DNA of 64,000 nt from Candidatus Bathyarchaeota archaeon. Its GTDB lineage: Archaea > Thermoproteota > Bathyarchaeia > 40CM-2-53-6. Position 1 is the first letter of the stretch. Each line of letters begins with the position of its first letter. Location of the stretch: the NCBI GenBank assembly GCA_005883075.1, contig VBAX01000047.1, positions 29,598 to 93,597 on the forward strand. Direction: 5' to 3'. The translations under genes and the position numbers were made by a program. Positions 1 to 10,580 of this stretch are shown one piece after another. Under the pieces are notes generated by a model that had not been told where the DNA came from, did not search any database, and was given only the letters and a program-made list of their open reading frames with translations.

Positions 1-42
1 CGTACCCTACTCCAATTCCCAACAGTAACGGTTAGATGCACG

Positions 43-2601
43 TTATGCTTGTTCGAGAGCCCTCGTAATTTCCATTCGCGAAGCACGAAGTGCAGGATAG
101 AGAGACCCAGCTACCACTGCCAAGATTGACAATCCAAAGGCCTGCAGCATCGCATTGTATGGGATGACAAATGGTAGGTAGAACCCGGCAAGGGTTGTGC
201 TGTTAGTCGCTCCCTCCAATAGGAGTAGACCTCCTGGAACTGCGAGTAGGAAGCCAAATAGTCCCAGTAGAATTCCTTCGCTGAGAAAGAGCTCCGCTAT
301 CTGTTTCCTGCTCATTCCTTGTGATCGCAAGAGCCCGATCTCACGCTTTCTATCAGTTACGTTCATGATCATTGTGGCGCCTATTCCGAGGGTGGCGATG
401 AGGAGGGCGAAGTAGAGAACCAAGAGGATGATCGTGAATATTCTGTTGATCGTATCTCGGACCAAGGAGAGGAGTTGTCCGAGGGTCAACGAGTTCTCTG
501 CAAAATCATATTTCGGATACGAGGCGGCAATGTCGCGAGCGATAGTAGACGCTGCTGGCTTGTACTGCGGCTTGAGGTTGATCAGGAAGAGAGGGGCACT
601 GTTGTTGCCGCCGAAGAAATCTTTCTGTGACTTGAAGGAGACAACTATCGAGTCGCTGGCAAAGCTGTTTCCAAACTGGATGTACTGTAGGACAGGCCCG
701 GTGAATATTCCCGCTACATGAAACGGCAAGGTTCCATTAAACGTCGTTACGTCCACGCTTTCACCCGCTGAGACAGCGAGTCTCGATGCCAGAGAATCCG
801 GCAGGAGGACTGTCTGAGAATTGTTCGCTAGCTCGGCGTAGACTTGCTGTTGGGGAGGCGAGTTCACGAACTGGTAGCTTATGATCTGGGGGAATGTTGT
901 CGGGTCAACGGCTAGTACTCCTACTGATGTGCTGTTGCCGTTGGGTCCGAGGGCTTTGGGATTGAATGGTAGGAGGCTGGGTCCGAGGGGAGTTGCTAGA
1001 GAGACTTGTGCTATGTTGGTGAGATTGTTGGTGAAGCTGATTGGTAGGGACTGGTTTGCGATCAGGATTATGTCCGCCCCAAGCGCTTCCTGAATTCCTT
1101 GGTCGAGGGCGGTTTGGACCCCGCCTTGGATTCCCCCTAGCATGATTACGAAGCTGAGTGTGATGGTGATCATTCCGAACGAGATTGCGTTTCTGAGCAG
1201 CCTTCGTCTCCCGTTTCTCGATGCGATGTATCCTACGACCCTCGAGAATGGCAGGAGCGGTCCAGTGAGTATTCGTCCCGATCGTCCGAATAGTACTGCG
1301 CCAAGAATGACTAGCCCCATCGGGATTAGTGCAACGTCGAGGTATGACACGTGGAACGGCGTTAGTCTGGCAGCCTCTAGCGAGCCGACCGTGAGAATGC
1401 CCAAGCTGACAAGGACGATGATCGAATCTGGGATCCTATTGCGAGAGTTTCGGGCGGAGGGCCGAATCGCTTGAATAATATCGATTCGACTTGCAGAAGC
1501 GGCCGGGTAGAGCGATCCTGCGAAAACCGATGCAAACCCTGCTCCAAGCCCCATTAGAGTTATGGTTGGGGTAAGCTGGACTAGTGGGAGAGATGGGATT
1601 TGCAGAATGTTCTCAGCAACTGCCGTGAAGCCCCGCGAAAGAATTAATCCGGTAAAGACACCGGCGATTGTGCCAATCGTACCAATGAGTAATCCTTCTG
1701 CTAGGAAGATCATGAAGATCTGTGACCGGCTGGTCCCAACAGCCCTCATCACCCCAATCTCATACGTGCGTTCGTTTACTGTCATGAACAAGGTGTTGAA
1801 GACGATGAAAGCGCAAACAACGAGTGCGACAGCCACCATCACGTTCAGGCCAAGCTCGAACCCGGCGGTTTGTCCCGCTATTCTCTGAACTGCTTCCGCC
1901 TTTGGAGCGTTTACGTTGAAAAGCGGTGAGCCCAAGCGGCTTTGAATCTCATCCCGGACCTGCGGCGCCCTAGTCGGATCCTTGAGAGTTGCGTAAATGT
2001 GGGAGATCATTCCCTGAAAGTTTAGTTCCGATTGTAGCTGGGTAAGGTTGAGGTAGATCGAAGCGCCGATGTTACGTAGAGGATGGTTGATTCCTACTAC
2101 TGATAAAGGGATGGTTACGTTGGTTCTTGTGACGACGTTTGGGGTGACAACGTTGAGGGTCGAGCCGATTCCCAATCCGAACTTCTGGGCCAGCCCATCA
2201 TCCACTGTCGCCTGGTCGGGGAATAGGGTCTTTGCCCCGGTAATGTTGAAGCTGGAATAATCGAAATCCGTCCTATTGATCCCTACAAGAGAAAAGAATG
2301 TCCTGCTATCGGTGGTGCCAAACCAGACAAGTCTTCCAGCTGTCTGTTGAACTCCAGAGGTGTTATCGACAATGTGCAGATAACGGCTCTCGAAAACAGG
2401 CGGGAGTCCGCCGTAACTTACTACAATATCAGTGCGGCCCCAGAACTTATTGATGTAATTAGTAAACTCGCCAGTTGCGCTTGCGGTTGCCAGGTTTATG
2501 CCTACGAGCAGAGCGACTCCTAAGACAACTGCTAGAATTGTCAGCGCGGTTCTTGCGCGCCTTTTTGGGAGGTTGCGGTAGGCTATCTTTGCCGAGAGCA
2601 A
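43..2601 (-). CDS. ABC transporter permease, FtsX/MacB family (duplicated MacB_PCD+FtsX halves)
   Basis: N-terminal RNLxxRRARTALT, two large extracytoplasmic loops, two ERxxEIGxxRAxG-type motifs (ERTYEIGVMRAVG, DRKREIGLLRSQG); follows the ATPase gene. Confidence 0.92.
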   Translation of the reverse strand: MLSAKIAYRNLPKRRARTALTILAVVLGVALLVGINLATASATGEFTNYINKFWGRTDIVVSYGGLPPVFESRYLHIVDNTSGVQQTAGRLVWFGTTDSRTFFSLVGINRTDFDYSSFNITGAKTLFPDQATVDDGLAQKFGLGIGSTLNVVTPNVVTRTNVTIPLSVVGINHPLRNIGASIYLNLTQLQSELNFQGMISHIYATLKDPTRAPQVRDEIQSRLGSPLFNVNAPKAEAVQRIAGQTAGFELGLNVMVAVALVVCAFIVFNTLFMTVNERTYEIGVMRAVGTSRSQIFMIFLAEGLLIGTIGTIAGVFTGLILSRGFTAVAENILQIPSLPLVQLTPTITLMGLGAGFASVFAGSLYPAASASRIDIIQAIRPSARNSRNRIPDSIIVLVSLGILTVGSLEAARLTPFHVSYLDVALIPMGLVILGAVLFGRSGRILTGPLLPFSRVVGYIASRNGRRRLLRNAISFGMITITLSFVIMLGGIQGGVQTALDQGIQEALGADIILIANQSLPISFTNNLTNIAQVSLATPLGPSLLPFNPKALGPNGNSTSVGVLAVDPTTFPQIISYQFVNSPPQQQVYAELANNSQTVLLPDSLASRLAVSAGESVDVTTFNGTLPFHVAGIFTGPVLQYIQFGNSFASDSIVVSFKSQKDFFGGNNSAPLFLINLKPQYKPAASTIARDIAASYPKYDFAENSLTLGQLLSLVRDTINRIFTIILLVLYFALLIATLGIGATMIMNVTDRKREIGLLRSQGMSRKQIAELFLSEGILLGLFGFLLAVPGGLLLLEGATNSTTLAGFYLPFVIPYNAMLQAFGLSILAVVAGSLYPALRASRMEITRALEQA

Positions 2602-2620
2602 TGTTCAGCCTCAGCCTTCG

Positions 2621-3391
2621 CTAGTTGGGCTGTGAGAGCGATCTCGCGGGCTCGGGTGGAACTGGCTCGATCGCTCTCAGCCTGAACGCTTCTCTGGGTC
2701 GCTGTTGCGTTCCTTTCGATATGATGCCGTCCCTCATTTCAAACAGTTTCTCCGCTCGATCTGCGACTACTGGGTCGTGTGTAACGACAAGAACAGAAGC
2801 ATTTTCTTTTTTCGCTGATTCGTACATTATCTGGACTACTTCTGAGCCTGTTTTCGTATCAAGGTCTCCCGTCGGTTCGTCGGCGAGTATGATTTTCGGG
2901 TGGTTTGCGAGGGCCCTGGCTATGGCAACACGTTGTTGCTCTCCCCCGCTCAATTCGTCCGGCAGATGGGTTAGGCGTTCTTTGAGACCTACGCGCTCAA
3001 GCATTAGGCTGGCCCGCTCTTTGGCGGGCTTCGGTTTCATTCCTGCAGTCAACAACGGCAGCTCCACGTTCTCTAGGGCCGTCAGGACGGGGATGAGGTT
3101 GTGGAATTGGAAGACGAAACCGATCTTGTGGCGTCTAAGCTTCGTCAGCTGACCATCCTTCATACCAGTAATTTCCTCTCCGTCAATTGTTACCGTTCCA
3201 GCTGATGGTTTATCTAGTGTTCCGATAATGTTGAGGAGCGTTGTTTTTCCGGACCCGGAAGGACCTGTTACGACTACGAACTCTGCTTGGTAGAGTGTGA
3301 AGTTGACCCCGCGAAGCGCTTGCACGTTGATGTTGCCGAGGCGGTAAGTCTTCTCCAGGTTCGCAACTTGGACTATAGCAGTGGTCTCCAA
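2621..3391 (-). CDS. ABC transporter ATP-binding protein (LolD/MacB-like)
   Basis: Walker A GPSGSGKT, signature LSGGEQQ, Walker B ILADEP, H-loop VTHD. Confidence 0.95.
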   Translation of the reverse strand: METTAIVQVANLEKTYRLGNINVQALRGVNFTLYQAEFVVVTGPSGSGKTTLLNIIGTLDKPSAGTVTIDGEEITGMKDGQLTKLRRHKIGFVFQFHNLIPVLTALENVELPLLTAGMKPKPAKERASLMLERVGLKERLTHLPDELSGGEQQRVAIARALANHPKIILADEPTGDLDTKTGSEVVQIMYESAKKENASVLVVTHDPVVADRAEKLFEMRDGIISKGTQQRPREAFRLRAIEPVPPEPARSLSQPN

Positions 3392-3490
3392 CGAGAGTCA
3401 ATCTACGAGAGGTTACGGCTGAGGCCCGAATATCTTCCTTTCGAGAGTGCTCCCAAAGCGCTTAAGCTCTGAACCAGTAATCGGCAAACT

Positions 3491-4024
3491 ATGGCTGCTA
3501 AGATTGTGATTCTCGACATAGAGACGACATCTCTTGAGGGGGATGCTGGAGTACTCGTTGGTGCCGGGCTCATGTCGGACGCGGGACGGGGCGAGTACTT
3601 GGAAGCGAGGAGGACGAGTGAGGAGAAGGCGTTGTTGTCGAAACTGTCAAAACGTTTGGAGAGCTTTGATATCCTAGTGACCTGGAATGGCAGGAGCTTC
3701 GACATACCATTTCTCACAACCCGCCTCATGAAACATGGACTTGATCCACGATCCATCCTTCGCAAGTCACACATTGATCTCGCGGACGTCGTCAAGAGCC
3801 GATTGAGACTCACCTTCAACTATCTCGACCACGTTTGTGATTTCTTCCAGATTGATCGGAAGAAGGGTCCAATGGGTCTTGATGTTCCACACCTTTACGT
3901 TCTAGCGGTTGAGGGAGATAGGAAAGCTCTGTCATCGATACGGGAGCATTGTCTGGACGATTTGGGGGCGACGAGACAGGTCTTCTTGAAGCTTAAGCCG
4001 CTTTTGGAGCCGCAGTTAGAGTAG
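3491..4024 (+). CDS. RNase H-like DEDD exonuclease (YprB/RNase_H_2 family)
   Basis: LDIET, TWNGRSFDIPFL, HIDL, HCLDD motifs. Confidence 0.85.
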   Translation: MAAKIVILDIETTSLEGDAGVLVGAGLMSDAGRGEYLEARRTSEEKALLSKLSKRLESFDILVTWNGRSFDIPFLTTRLMKHGLDPRSILRKSHIDLADVVKSRLRLTFNYLDHVCDFFQIDRKKGPMGLDVPHLYVLAVEGDRKALSSIREHCLDDLGATRQVFLKLKPLLEPQLE

Positions 4025-4693
4025 CCCGAGGGGCAGTCTGAGACCAAAGAACGTTGCGAGGATCGCGAGTATCGCGAGGTATATGCCGAAGAGTCCGAGC
4101 GTGATGAGGAGATTTCTCGGCCAGCGCTTGCTCCAGGAGATTCCGAAAGGAATGCCGACTGTGAAGCCTATGACATGCGCGATGTAGGCGATGTTAGGGT
4201 CGTAGCTCAGACCTGGAATCAGGGTCGGATCGTAGACAAGAGCAATGTTGTAGAGGAAGTAGAACATAGCGACCAGGCCCTGCGGGGCCATAAAGAGGAA
4301 CGAGAATTTCAAAGGATTCATCAGCATCACGCAGGCTGCCAAAGTGAAGATGGCTGCTGAAGCTCCGAGCATGCCTGTATCCGGCGCGTAGAGTCCGAGG
4401 GCTGGAGGAACGAGGAATGCTGTGAATCCCCCAATGAAAAAGACCGCTAGATGATAGTCTCTACCAATCATTTTTTCCAGAGTATTTCCAAACACGAACA
4501 GGAAGAGCATGTTTCCGAAGAGATGGGTGGGGCTAGCGTGGAGGAAGAGCGCGGTAAAGAGAGTCCAGACTCTTCCGGCCAACAGGTTGTTCCAGCTGAA
4601 CACAAAATTTGTATCGATGAAGTCGGGGTCCTGTTGCCAAGCCCAGAGGCTCAGGCCTACGCATCCAAGTATGAGTAGATAGTTGACCCTCAA
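4016..4693 (-). CDS. rhomboid family intramembrane serine protease
   Basis: FLHASPTHLFGNM, catalytic GASAA and AHVIG, multiple TM segments. Confidence 0.92.
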   Translation of the reverse strand: MRVNYLLILGCVGLSLWAWQQDPDFIDTNFVFSWNNLLAGRVWTLFTALFLHASPTHLFGNMLFLFVFGNTLEKMIGRDYHLAVFFIGGFTAFLVPPALGLYAPDTGMLGASAAIFTLAACVMLMNPLKFSFLFMAPQGLVAMFYFLYNIALVYDPTLIPGLSYDPNIAYIAHVIGFTVGIPFGISWSKRWPRNLLITLGLFGIYLAILAILATFFGLRLPLGLL

Positions 4694-4848
4694 CCTGAGA
4701 CCCCCTCGAAGCGTCCAGCCGCAAGTGGCCTATTTCAGAAGTTCCTAACCAAACCTTCAAGGACTCTTCGTCATTCAGCTTCGTTTTGTAAGGGCCGTTT
4801 GCGCCAAACCCTTTTACCGCCAATATACTCACGTCTCGCGTTCATCCT

Positions 4849-5718
4849 TTGGGGTCCAGAGCCCAGGCCTACGTCAACCTGACCAAGCCGAAGATAGTAT
4901 TCCTTCTGGACTTCACCGCTCTAATGGCTTTCCTGGTGGCTACACGAGGCATCAATCTGCTCAATCTGGCAGCGGTCTTGGTGGCCGGCACCCTGGCGTC
5001 TGGGGGTGCTGGTGCATTGAACTGCTATCTCGATCGTGACATTGACCAGAGTATGGGGCGCACAAGTCAGCGGCCGATTCCGAAAGGAGAGGTAACGCCC
5101 TTCAACGCGCTAATCTTTGGACTGTTGCTGGTGGGAGCCGGAGTCGGAATTTCCCTCTGGCTTCTGTCTCTCTGGGCTAGCCTATTCATCTTCCTCGGTG
5201 CCGCAATCTATGTTGGCTTCTACACCAAGTGGTTGAAGCGCCGGACAACTCTCAACATCGTTCTCGGCGGTTCAGCGGGAAGCTGCGCGCCACTAGCGGG
5301 TTGGGCCGCTGCCACTGGAAACATCGGTGCGATTGCACCGTGGTTGATGGCTTTGCTCGTCTTTGTCTGGACACCAAGCCACTTCTGGAGCCTGGCCCTT
5401 CGAGCCTCAAAGGACTACGCGAAAGCCGGCATTCCCATGCTTCCCATCGTCGTAGGGGACAAGAAGGCCGCGCAATACATTGCCCTCAACACTTTCCTCC
5501 TAGTCCCGTCATCTCTCATCTTCGTCCCTCTGGGAACATTTGGAATAATCTATCTCACGATCGCAGGGTTGCTTGGTCTTGGAATAATCATTGTCGACTT
5601 GAAGCTGGCTTTCAACCCGACGAAGGCTCAGGCGTGGACCGCTTTCAAATTCTCAAGCCCGTACCTAGCCATCGTATTCCTCGCAATGGTCCTAGACTAC
5701 TGGATTCCTCTACACTAG
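4849..5718 (+). CDS. cyoE: protoheme IX farnesyltransferase (heme o synthase)
   Basis: LTKPKI, NCYLDRDIDQSMGRTSQRPIP, WTPSHFWSLAL, DYAKAGIPMLP motifs. Confidence 0.95.
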   Translation: MGSRAQAYVNLTKPKIVFLLDFTALMAFLVATRGINLLNLAAVLVAGTLASGGAGALNCYLDRDIDQSMGRTSQRPIPKGEVTPFNALIFGLLLVGAGVGISLWLLSLWASLFIFLGAAIYVGFYTKWLKRRTTLNIVLGGSAGSCAPLAGWAAATGNIGAIAPWLMALLVFVWTPSHFWSLALRASKDYAKAGIPMLPIVVGDKKAAQYIALNTFLLVPSSLIFVPLGTFGIIYLTIAGLLGLGIIIVDLKLAFNPTKAQAWTAFKFSSPYLAIVFLAMVLDYWIPLH

Positions 5719-5726
5719 AGAACCAT

Positions 5727-6329
5727 TCAGGACCCTCGAATTTGCTTCAAGAGATTCTGAATCATTATTCTCCCATGCGGATGGTCATCGTTTGACCTCT
5801 CAGGGTGAAATTGGACGCCGTATATCGACCTCGATCGGTGCACTATGGCCTCGACTTTGGATGTTGTCGATTGCGCGAGGTGTTGAAACTCGTCGGGAAC
5901 CTTGGTCAATTCCTGACGGTGTGATTCCGCTACCACAAATTCGGAGGGCAATCCGTCGAACAACGGATGTTTCCGGACGACGCTCACCTTTTCGTATCCA
6001 CGGAGCATTTGACCCATGTCTCGCGTTATGGCCCCAAACGCTGACCCGATGATCTGATGTCCGTAGCATATGCCCAGAATTGGAAACTTGGCCTTTCTGA
6101 CTAAGTCCATTTCGGGTTGGAATAGTTCGCGGGTTCTAGGTTTTGAGAGTAGGGCACTGGACCCTGTGAGAATGACCAGATCCGGTCCAGAACCTACAAC
6201 CCTATCGTAAAGGTCCGGTTGCTTGTAGTCTATTTTCTCTACCGATTGTCCGATGGAATTTTCTATGTTCTGGACTGCGCTGTCAGTTTGGCTCGGTTCT
6301 TTGTAGTTGTTTACGACAACTATTTTCAA
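5727..6329 (-). CDS. class I glutamine amidotransferase (GMP synthase A-like)
   Basis: GICYGHQ nucleophile elbow and QFHPE catalytic motif. Confidence 0.88.
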   Translation of the reverse strand: MKIVVVNNYKEPSQTDSAVQNIENSIGQSVEKIDYKQPDLYDRVVGSGPDLVILTGSSALLSKPRTRELFQPEMDLVRKAKFPILGICYGHQIIGSAFGAITRDMGQMLRGYEKVSVVRKHPLFDGLPSEFVVAESHRQELTKVPDEFQHLAQSTTSKVEAIVHRSRSIYGVQFHPERSNDDHPHGRIMIQNLLKQIRGS

Positions 6330-6332
6330 TGT

Positions 6333-7493
6333 TTAGAGGACGGCCAGGAGTTTGTCGATTTCTTCCTCGGTGTTGTAGTAGTGTGGTGAGGCTCTTAGTG
6401 CTTTGACTCTGCTTGCGACTGTGATGTTGAGCTTCTTCAACTTCTCATACGTTGCTCCGGGATCGGGGTCTTCGAAGACCACTATTCCGCTTCGCCGGTC
6501 TGGCTGTAACGGTGTGAGTATTTTGCGTCCTTTCTTTTTCAATCCCTCGATCAGGTGCTCTGTGACCTTCAGGACTCGGTGGGACCTTTCTGTCTGATCA
6601 TGCTTCAATGCGAATTCGAGGGCTGCTTTGGCGCCAACAATCGATATTACTCCCCAGCTTCCACCCTCAAACATTGTCGCGTCTGGCGCGGGTATCGTCT
6701 CTTCTATGTTGAACGGTTTTCCGAACAGATCTTGTTGGCTTGTGAGTCTTCTTGCGACTGAGTCTTGGACTCCATGCCAGCCGATATAGTTCGGGTCAAG
6801 TTCCTTCAGTCTATCGCGTTTGGTGTAGACGAAAGCTGCCCCGTGGGGTCCTTGCATCCACTTGTACATTCCACATACTAGCGCGTCAACTCCGTCTTGC
6901 CGAGCATCTATTGGAAAGACGCCTAGAGCGTGGAACGAGTCAGCGATGACAAACGCACCATGTTCGTGCGCGATCTTTGTGATCTCTCGAATTTTCTCTC
7001 GACAGCCGTTAGTCCACGAAACATAGTCAACAGAGACGATCGAGGTGTCGTCGTCGATCGCTTTCTCCCATTGTTCTAGCGGGATTGTGCCGTTATTATC
7101 GCGGTGAAGTAGGCGGACGTCCTTTGCTCGTCCGTGTTTTTTCTGGAGGTGCCAGAGGTAGATGTTTGTCGGAAAGTTAAGTTCACTGATAACGATGTTG
7201 CCTCTCGGTTTGTAGTTGATGCTGCTAGCGAGGCTGATGAGCGCGCTGGTGACGTTTGGGACGGACGCTATCTCGTCGAGGGGGACTCCACCTATCATCT
7301 TTCCAAATTGCCGGCGTGATTCAATGATTAGAGGAAGCCATTCCTCCCAGTTCTCGCCGTACTCTCGCCAGTCAGCCATGAACTCGTTGATCGCGTTGAG
7401 CACCGGTATGGACGGCGGACCCGTTCCCGCGTTGTCGAAATAGGCTCGCCGGGAGGTGACAGGTATCTGTTTCCTTACAAGGTCGATATTCAA
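6333..7493 (-). CDS. PLP-dependent aminotransferase class V (cysteine desulfurase/epimerase-like)
   Basis: YFDNAG, DSFHALG, YKWMQGP (PLP lysine), RASPHYYN. Confidence 0.88.
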   Translation of the reverse strand: MNIDLVRKQIPVTSRRAYFDNAGTGPPSIPVLNAINEFMADWREYGENWEEWLPLIIESRRQFGKMIGGVPLDEIASVPNVTSALISLASSINYKPRGNIVISELNFPTNIYLWHLQKKHGRAKDVRLLHRDNNGTIPLEQWEKAIDDDTSIVSVDYVSWTNGCREKIREITKIAHEHGAFVIADSFHALGVFPIDARQDGVDALVCGMYKWMQGPHGAAFVYTKRDRLKELDPNYIGWHGVQDSVARRLTSQQDLFGKPFNIEETIPAPDATMFEGGSWGVISIVGAKAALEFALKHDQTERSHRVLKVTEHLIEGLKKKGRKILTPLQPDRRSGIVVFEDPDPGATYEKLKKLNITVASRVKALRASPHYYNTEEEIDKLLAVL

Positions 7494-7548
7494 AGAGACA
7501 CCGAGATTTGTCGAAGTTCATTTGGCCGGGCTGAGTATAAAGGAAGTG

Positions 7549-7827
7549 CTAGCTGGTGTGGAAGCTCTGGACTCCCATTTCGGCTATGCAATTCCTGCAC
7601 CAGAACTGGTTCCTTTCTGGGCTGTACTGGGCATGACTGTCTGTTACTATGTTTCCGCAGTGTCCGCAGCGTACGATGAAGACTTTCCGCATTTTGTGAT
7701 GGGGGAGGTCTTTCTTGTGCTGTTCTACATCGATATCCCTGGGTTCTAGGACCATATTGCAGTTCTCACAGTAGTAGATTGTTTCGAGAATTGCCTTGTC
7801 GCGTTCGTCTACCCAGTTCTCAGCCAT
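7549..7827 (-). CDS. small Cys/His-rich zinc-binding protein
   Basis: three CxxC pairs (CENC, CGHC, CRNC) plus His cluster in 92 aa; ATG start. Confidence 0.75.
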   Translation of the reverse strand: MAENWVDERDKAILETIYYCENCNMVLEPRDIDVEQHKKDLPHHKMRKVFIVRCGHCGNIVTDSHAQYSPERNQFWCRNCIAEMGVQSFHTS

Positions 7828-8072
7828 GGAAGTGATAGTGCTCCTTTATGGGAAAGAGCTTCGATCGTGCTTGTTTTCGCCATTCTAATCTAGACGCGCC
7901 TTCCTTGTTTATATAGAATCCACGAAAGGAAAGTCATGTCTAGGGCAAAATCGCTCACATCTCGGCTATTTTTCGAGTGTTTTTTACTCGGAGAGTTATG
8001 CTCCATCTTTCCTCGCGAAGCAAGGTTCACTATACCCTGTCGCAGACGTATGGAGAAGGAGAGGTAGAGAGT

Positions 8073-9161
8073 TTGGGTCTTCCAGAGAAGATTAAGCAGA
8101 TTGAAGAGGAGATGAAGAAGACCCAGATCAACAAGAAGACTGAACACCACATCGGCCTTCTCAAAGCAAAGCTTGCCCGGTTGCACGAGGAGCTGGAAGC
8201 CTCTACTTCGAAGGGAGGAGGTCCGGCTTTCGAGATTCGCAAGGGTGGCGACGCGACAGTCGTTCTCATCGGCCTCCCCAGTGTTGGTAAGTCGACTATT
8301 CTGAATCGGTTGACAAATGCGAAATCGAAAGTTGCGGCATACGCCTTCACAACCCTCACGGTTGTTCCGGGGATTCTGCGTCTCAACGGAGCGGACATTC
8401 AGATCCTCGACCTTCCAGGAATCATCAGCGGTGCATCTTCGGGACGAGGGAGGGGAAGGAGAGTTCTCTCGGTCGCCAGGAACGCGGACCTCGTATTGTT
8501 GGTCTTGGATGTGTTTCAGCCGGGGCAGGTCCAATTGTTGAAGAATGAGCTTCATGCGATGGGTATTCGGATCGACCAGAAGCCTCCCGATGTGGTCATC
8601 AATAGGGGCAGTAAGGGAGGGCTAGCTCTCACCACGAGTGTCAAGCTTACGAAACTGACCCCGGCAACTGTCAAGGGAATAGTCGAAGCCTACGGGATTA
8701 GTAATGGTGGCATTTTGGTACGCGAAGATGTTACAGACGAGCAATTGATTGACGTTTTGACCGGGAACCGGAGGTATGTTTCCTCCCTGGTCGTCTTGAA
8801 CAAGGTGGACTTGGTAAACGAGCAGTACCTTACTGCTGCGAAGAAACAGATTGGAAGCGATTTTGTCCCCATATCCGCTGAGAAGGGATTGAACATGGAC
8901 GTCCTCGCTGATAGAATCTGGGAGACCCTCAATTTCATCCGAATATATCTGAAACGTCCTGACGGTGACGCGGACTTCGAGAAACCACTCATTCTCCCCG
9001 CAGGCTCGACGTTACGTGATGTTTGCAAGAAGATTAGTCCCCGATTTGTCGAGGGAGCCAAGTACGCTTTTGTCTCAGGGTCCAGCGTGAAATTCACGGG
9101 TCAGCGAGTGAGTCTCGACCATATCCCTGCTGACAAGGACGTCGTCACGATCATGCGCTAA
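8073..9161 (+). CDS. DRG/Rbg-family OBG-class GTPase with TGS domain
   Basis: GLPSVGKST, YAFTTL, DLPG, NKVD and C-terminal TGS-like region; likely TTG start at 8073 (MGLPEKIKQIEEE) rather than 7977. Confidence 0.93.
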   Translation: MGLPEKIKQIEEEMKKTQINKKTEHHIGLLKAKLARLHEELEASTSKGGGPAFEIRKGGDATVVLIGLPSVGKSTILNRLTNAKSKVAAYAFTTLTVVPGILRLNGADIQILDLPGIISGASSGRGRGRRVLSVARNADLVLLVLDVFQPGQVQLLKNELHAMGIRIDQKPPDVVINRGSKGGLALTTSVKLTKLTPATVKGIVEAYGISNGGILVREDVTDEQLIDVLTGNRRYVSSLVVLNKVDLVNEQYLTAAKKQIGSDFVPISAEKGLNMDVLADRIWETLNFIRIYLKRPDGDADFEKPLILPAGSTLRDVCKKISPRFVEGAKYAFVSGSSVKFTGQRVSLDHIPADKDVVTIMR

Positions 9162-9172
9162 GCTAGGCAGGC

Positions 9173-10570
9173 TCAGCGACCTAGATTGAATTCTTCGTGA
9201 ATTGCCCTCACTGCTTCCGGGCCATCCTTGTGTGATACCACGAAGGATACGTTGTACTCGGAGGACCCCTGCGCGACCATACGGACATTCGCCTTTCGTT
9301 TCGCGACCGCCGTAAATATCCTAGCAGCCACTCCCGGCGTCCCTTTCATCCCAGATCCAACAACAGCAATAATGCAGGCATCTTTCTCCTCGGATATTCT
9401 ATCCACGTATCCCTGTCCCATCAGCGCCAATTGAAGAGCCCTGACGGCGCGGTCAACGTCTCTGTTCGCAACAACGCAGGATATCGTGGCTTCAGAAGAG
9501 CCTTGAGATATCATCATCACGTTGACGTTGTTTGAACCGAGTGTCTGGAAGACTTTTGCAGCGACTCCGGGAGCTCCCATCATTCCACTACCACTTACCG
9601 TCACGATGCCTACGTCCCTGATGATCGAAACCGCCTTCACCACTTTGCCTCCATTACTGGATTCGCTAGCGGAAACAAGAGTTCCATTCCGCGCTGGTCT
9701 AGAAGAGTTCTTTATTCGGACCGGGATTTTCTTTTGTCCAGCCGGTTGCAGTGCCCTAGGGTGCATCATTTTTGCACCGAAATAGGATAGTTCTAGTGCC
9801 TCTCCGAACGAAATGTATGGGAGAAGAGTCGCGTTCTTTACGATTCGAGGGTCAGCCGTCATCAGCCCGTCCACGTCAGTCCATATCCATATCTCGTCTG
9901 CTCCCAACGCGGCGGCCAGTAAGGTCGCGGTGTAATCAGATCCTCCTCGTCCGAGGGTCGTGATGCTTCCATCAACTGTAGCGGCGATGAACCCCGTTAC
10001 AACCGGAATTACTCGGCGACTCCATAACGGGTCCAGCCGTTGGCGAACCTGCTGGTAACTGATCTCCACCAGGGGCTTTGCCTCTCCGAAATTATCATCT
10101 GTTGTAATACCCGCTTCAGAGCCCGTCAGTGTCCTTGTCCGTAGGCCCAAGGCTGATATCGTCGCTGCAAGAATCGGTGTAGAAAGTCGCTCGCCGAAGG
10201 ACAGAAGATAGTCGCGGCTTCGAGATGTTAATTCTCTGAGGTGTACTATTCCTTCCACTGTTCGCTCAAGTTCGGAGTTTAGCTGGTCCAATCTCGATAC
10301 GAGGTCCCGGGTTCCTCCTCTACCGGAAACTATCCGTGCTATCTTGAGATGGTAAGCCTGAATCTTGCTGAGGAGTTTTCTCGCCTGCTTTAGATTCCCC
10401 TTCTTGGCGAGTTCGGCGATCTCGACGAGTTGATCTGTTGTCTCTCCAATCGCGGAGGCGACTACAACAATCTTGTTCCTGGGAGAGTGTTGCTGGATTA
10501 TTAGCGCCGCGTTTTTCACTCTGGGCGCGTTCGCCAGGGATGTGCCTCCGAACTTCATCACGAGCTTCAA
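9173..10570 (-). CDS. lysC: aspartate kinase with two ACT domains
   Basis: MKFGGTS, TLGRGGSDYTA, WTDVDG..ADPR, two SQGSSE-type ACT repeats. Confidence 0.95.
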   Translation of the reverse strand: MKLVMKFGGTSLANAPRVKNAALIIQQHSPRNKIVVVASAIGETTDQLVEIAELAKKGNLKQARKLLSKIQAYHLKIARIVSGRGGTRDLVSRLDQLNSELERTVEGIVHLRELTSRSRDYLLSFGERLSTPILAATISALGLRTRTLTGSEAGITTDDNFGEAKPLVEISYQQVRQRLDPLWSRRVIPVVTGFIAATVDGSITTLGRGGSDYTATLLAAALGADEIWIWTDVDGLMTADPRIVKNATLLPYISFGEALELSYFGAKMMHPRALQPAGQKKIPVRIKNSSRPARNGTLVSASESSNGGKVVKAVSIIRDVGIVTVSGSGMMGAPGVAAKVFQTLGSNNVNVMMISQGSSEATISCVVANRDVDRAVRALQLALMGQGYVDRISEEKDACIIAVVGSGMKGTPGVAARIFTAVAKRKANVRMVAQGSSEYNVSFVVSHKDGPEAVRAIHEEFNLGR

Positions 10571-10580
10571 TCTTGACCCT

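Noticed and set aside
7890..8555. Long antisense ORFs (e.g. 7890-8555, 38561-39247, 10438-11049)
   Set aside because: Shadow ORFs opposite well-supported genes.
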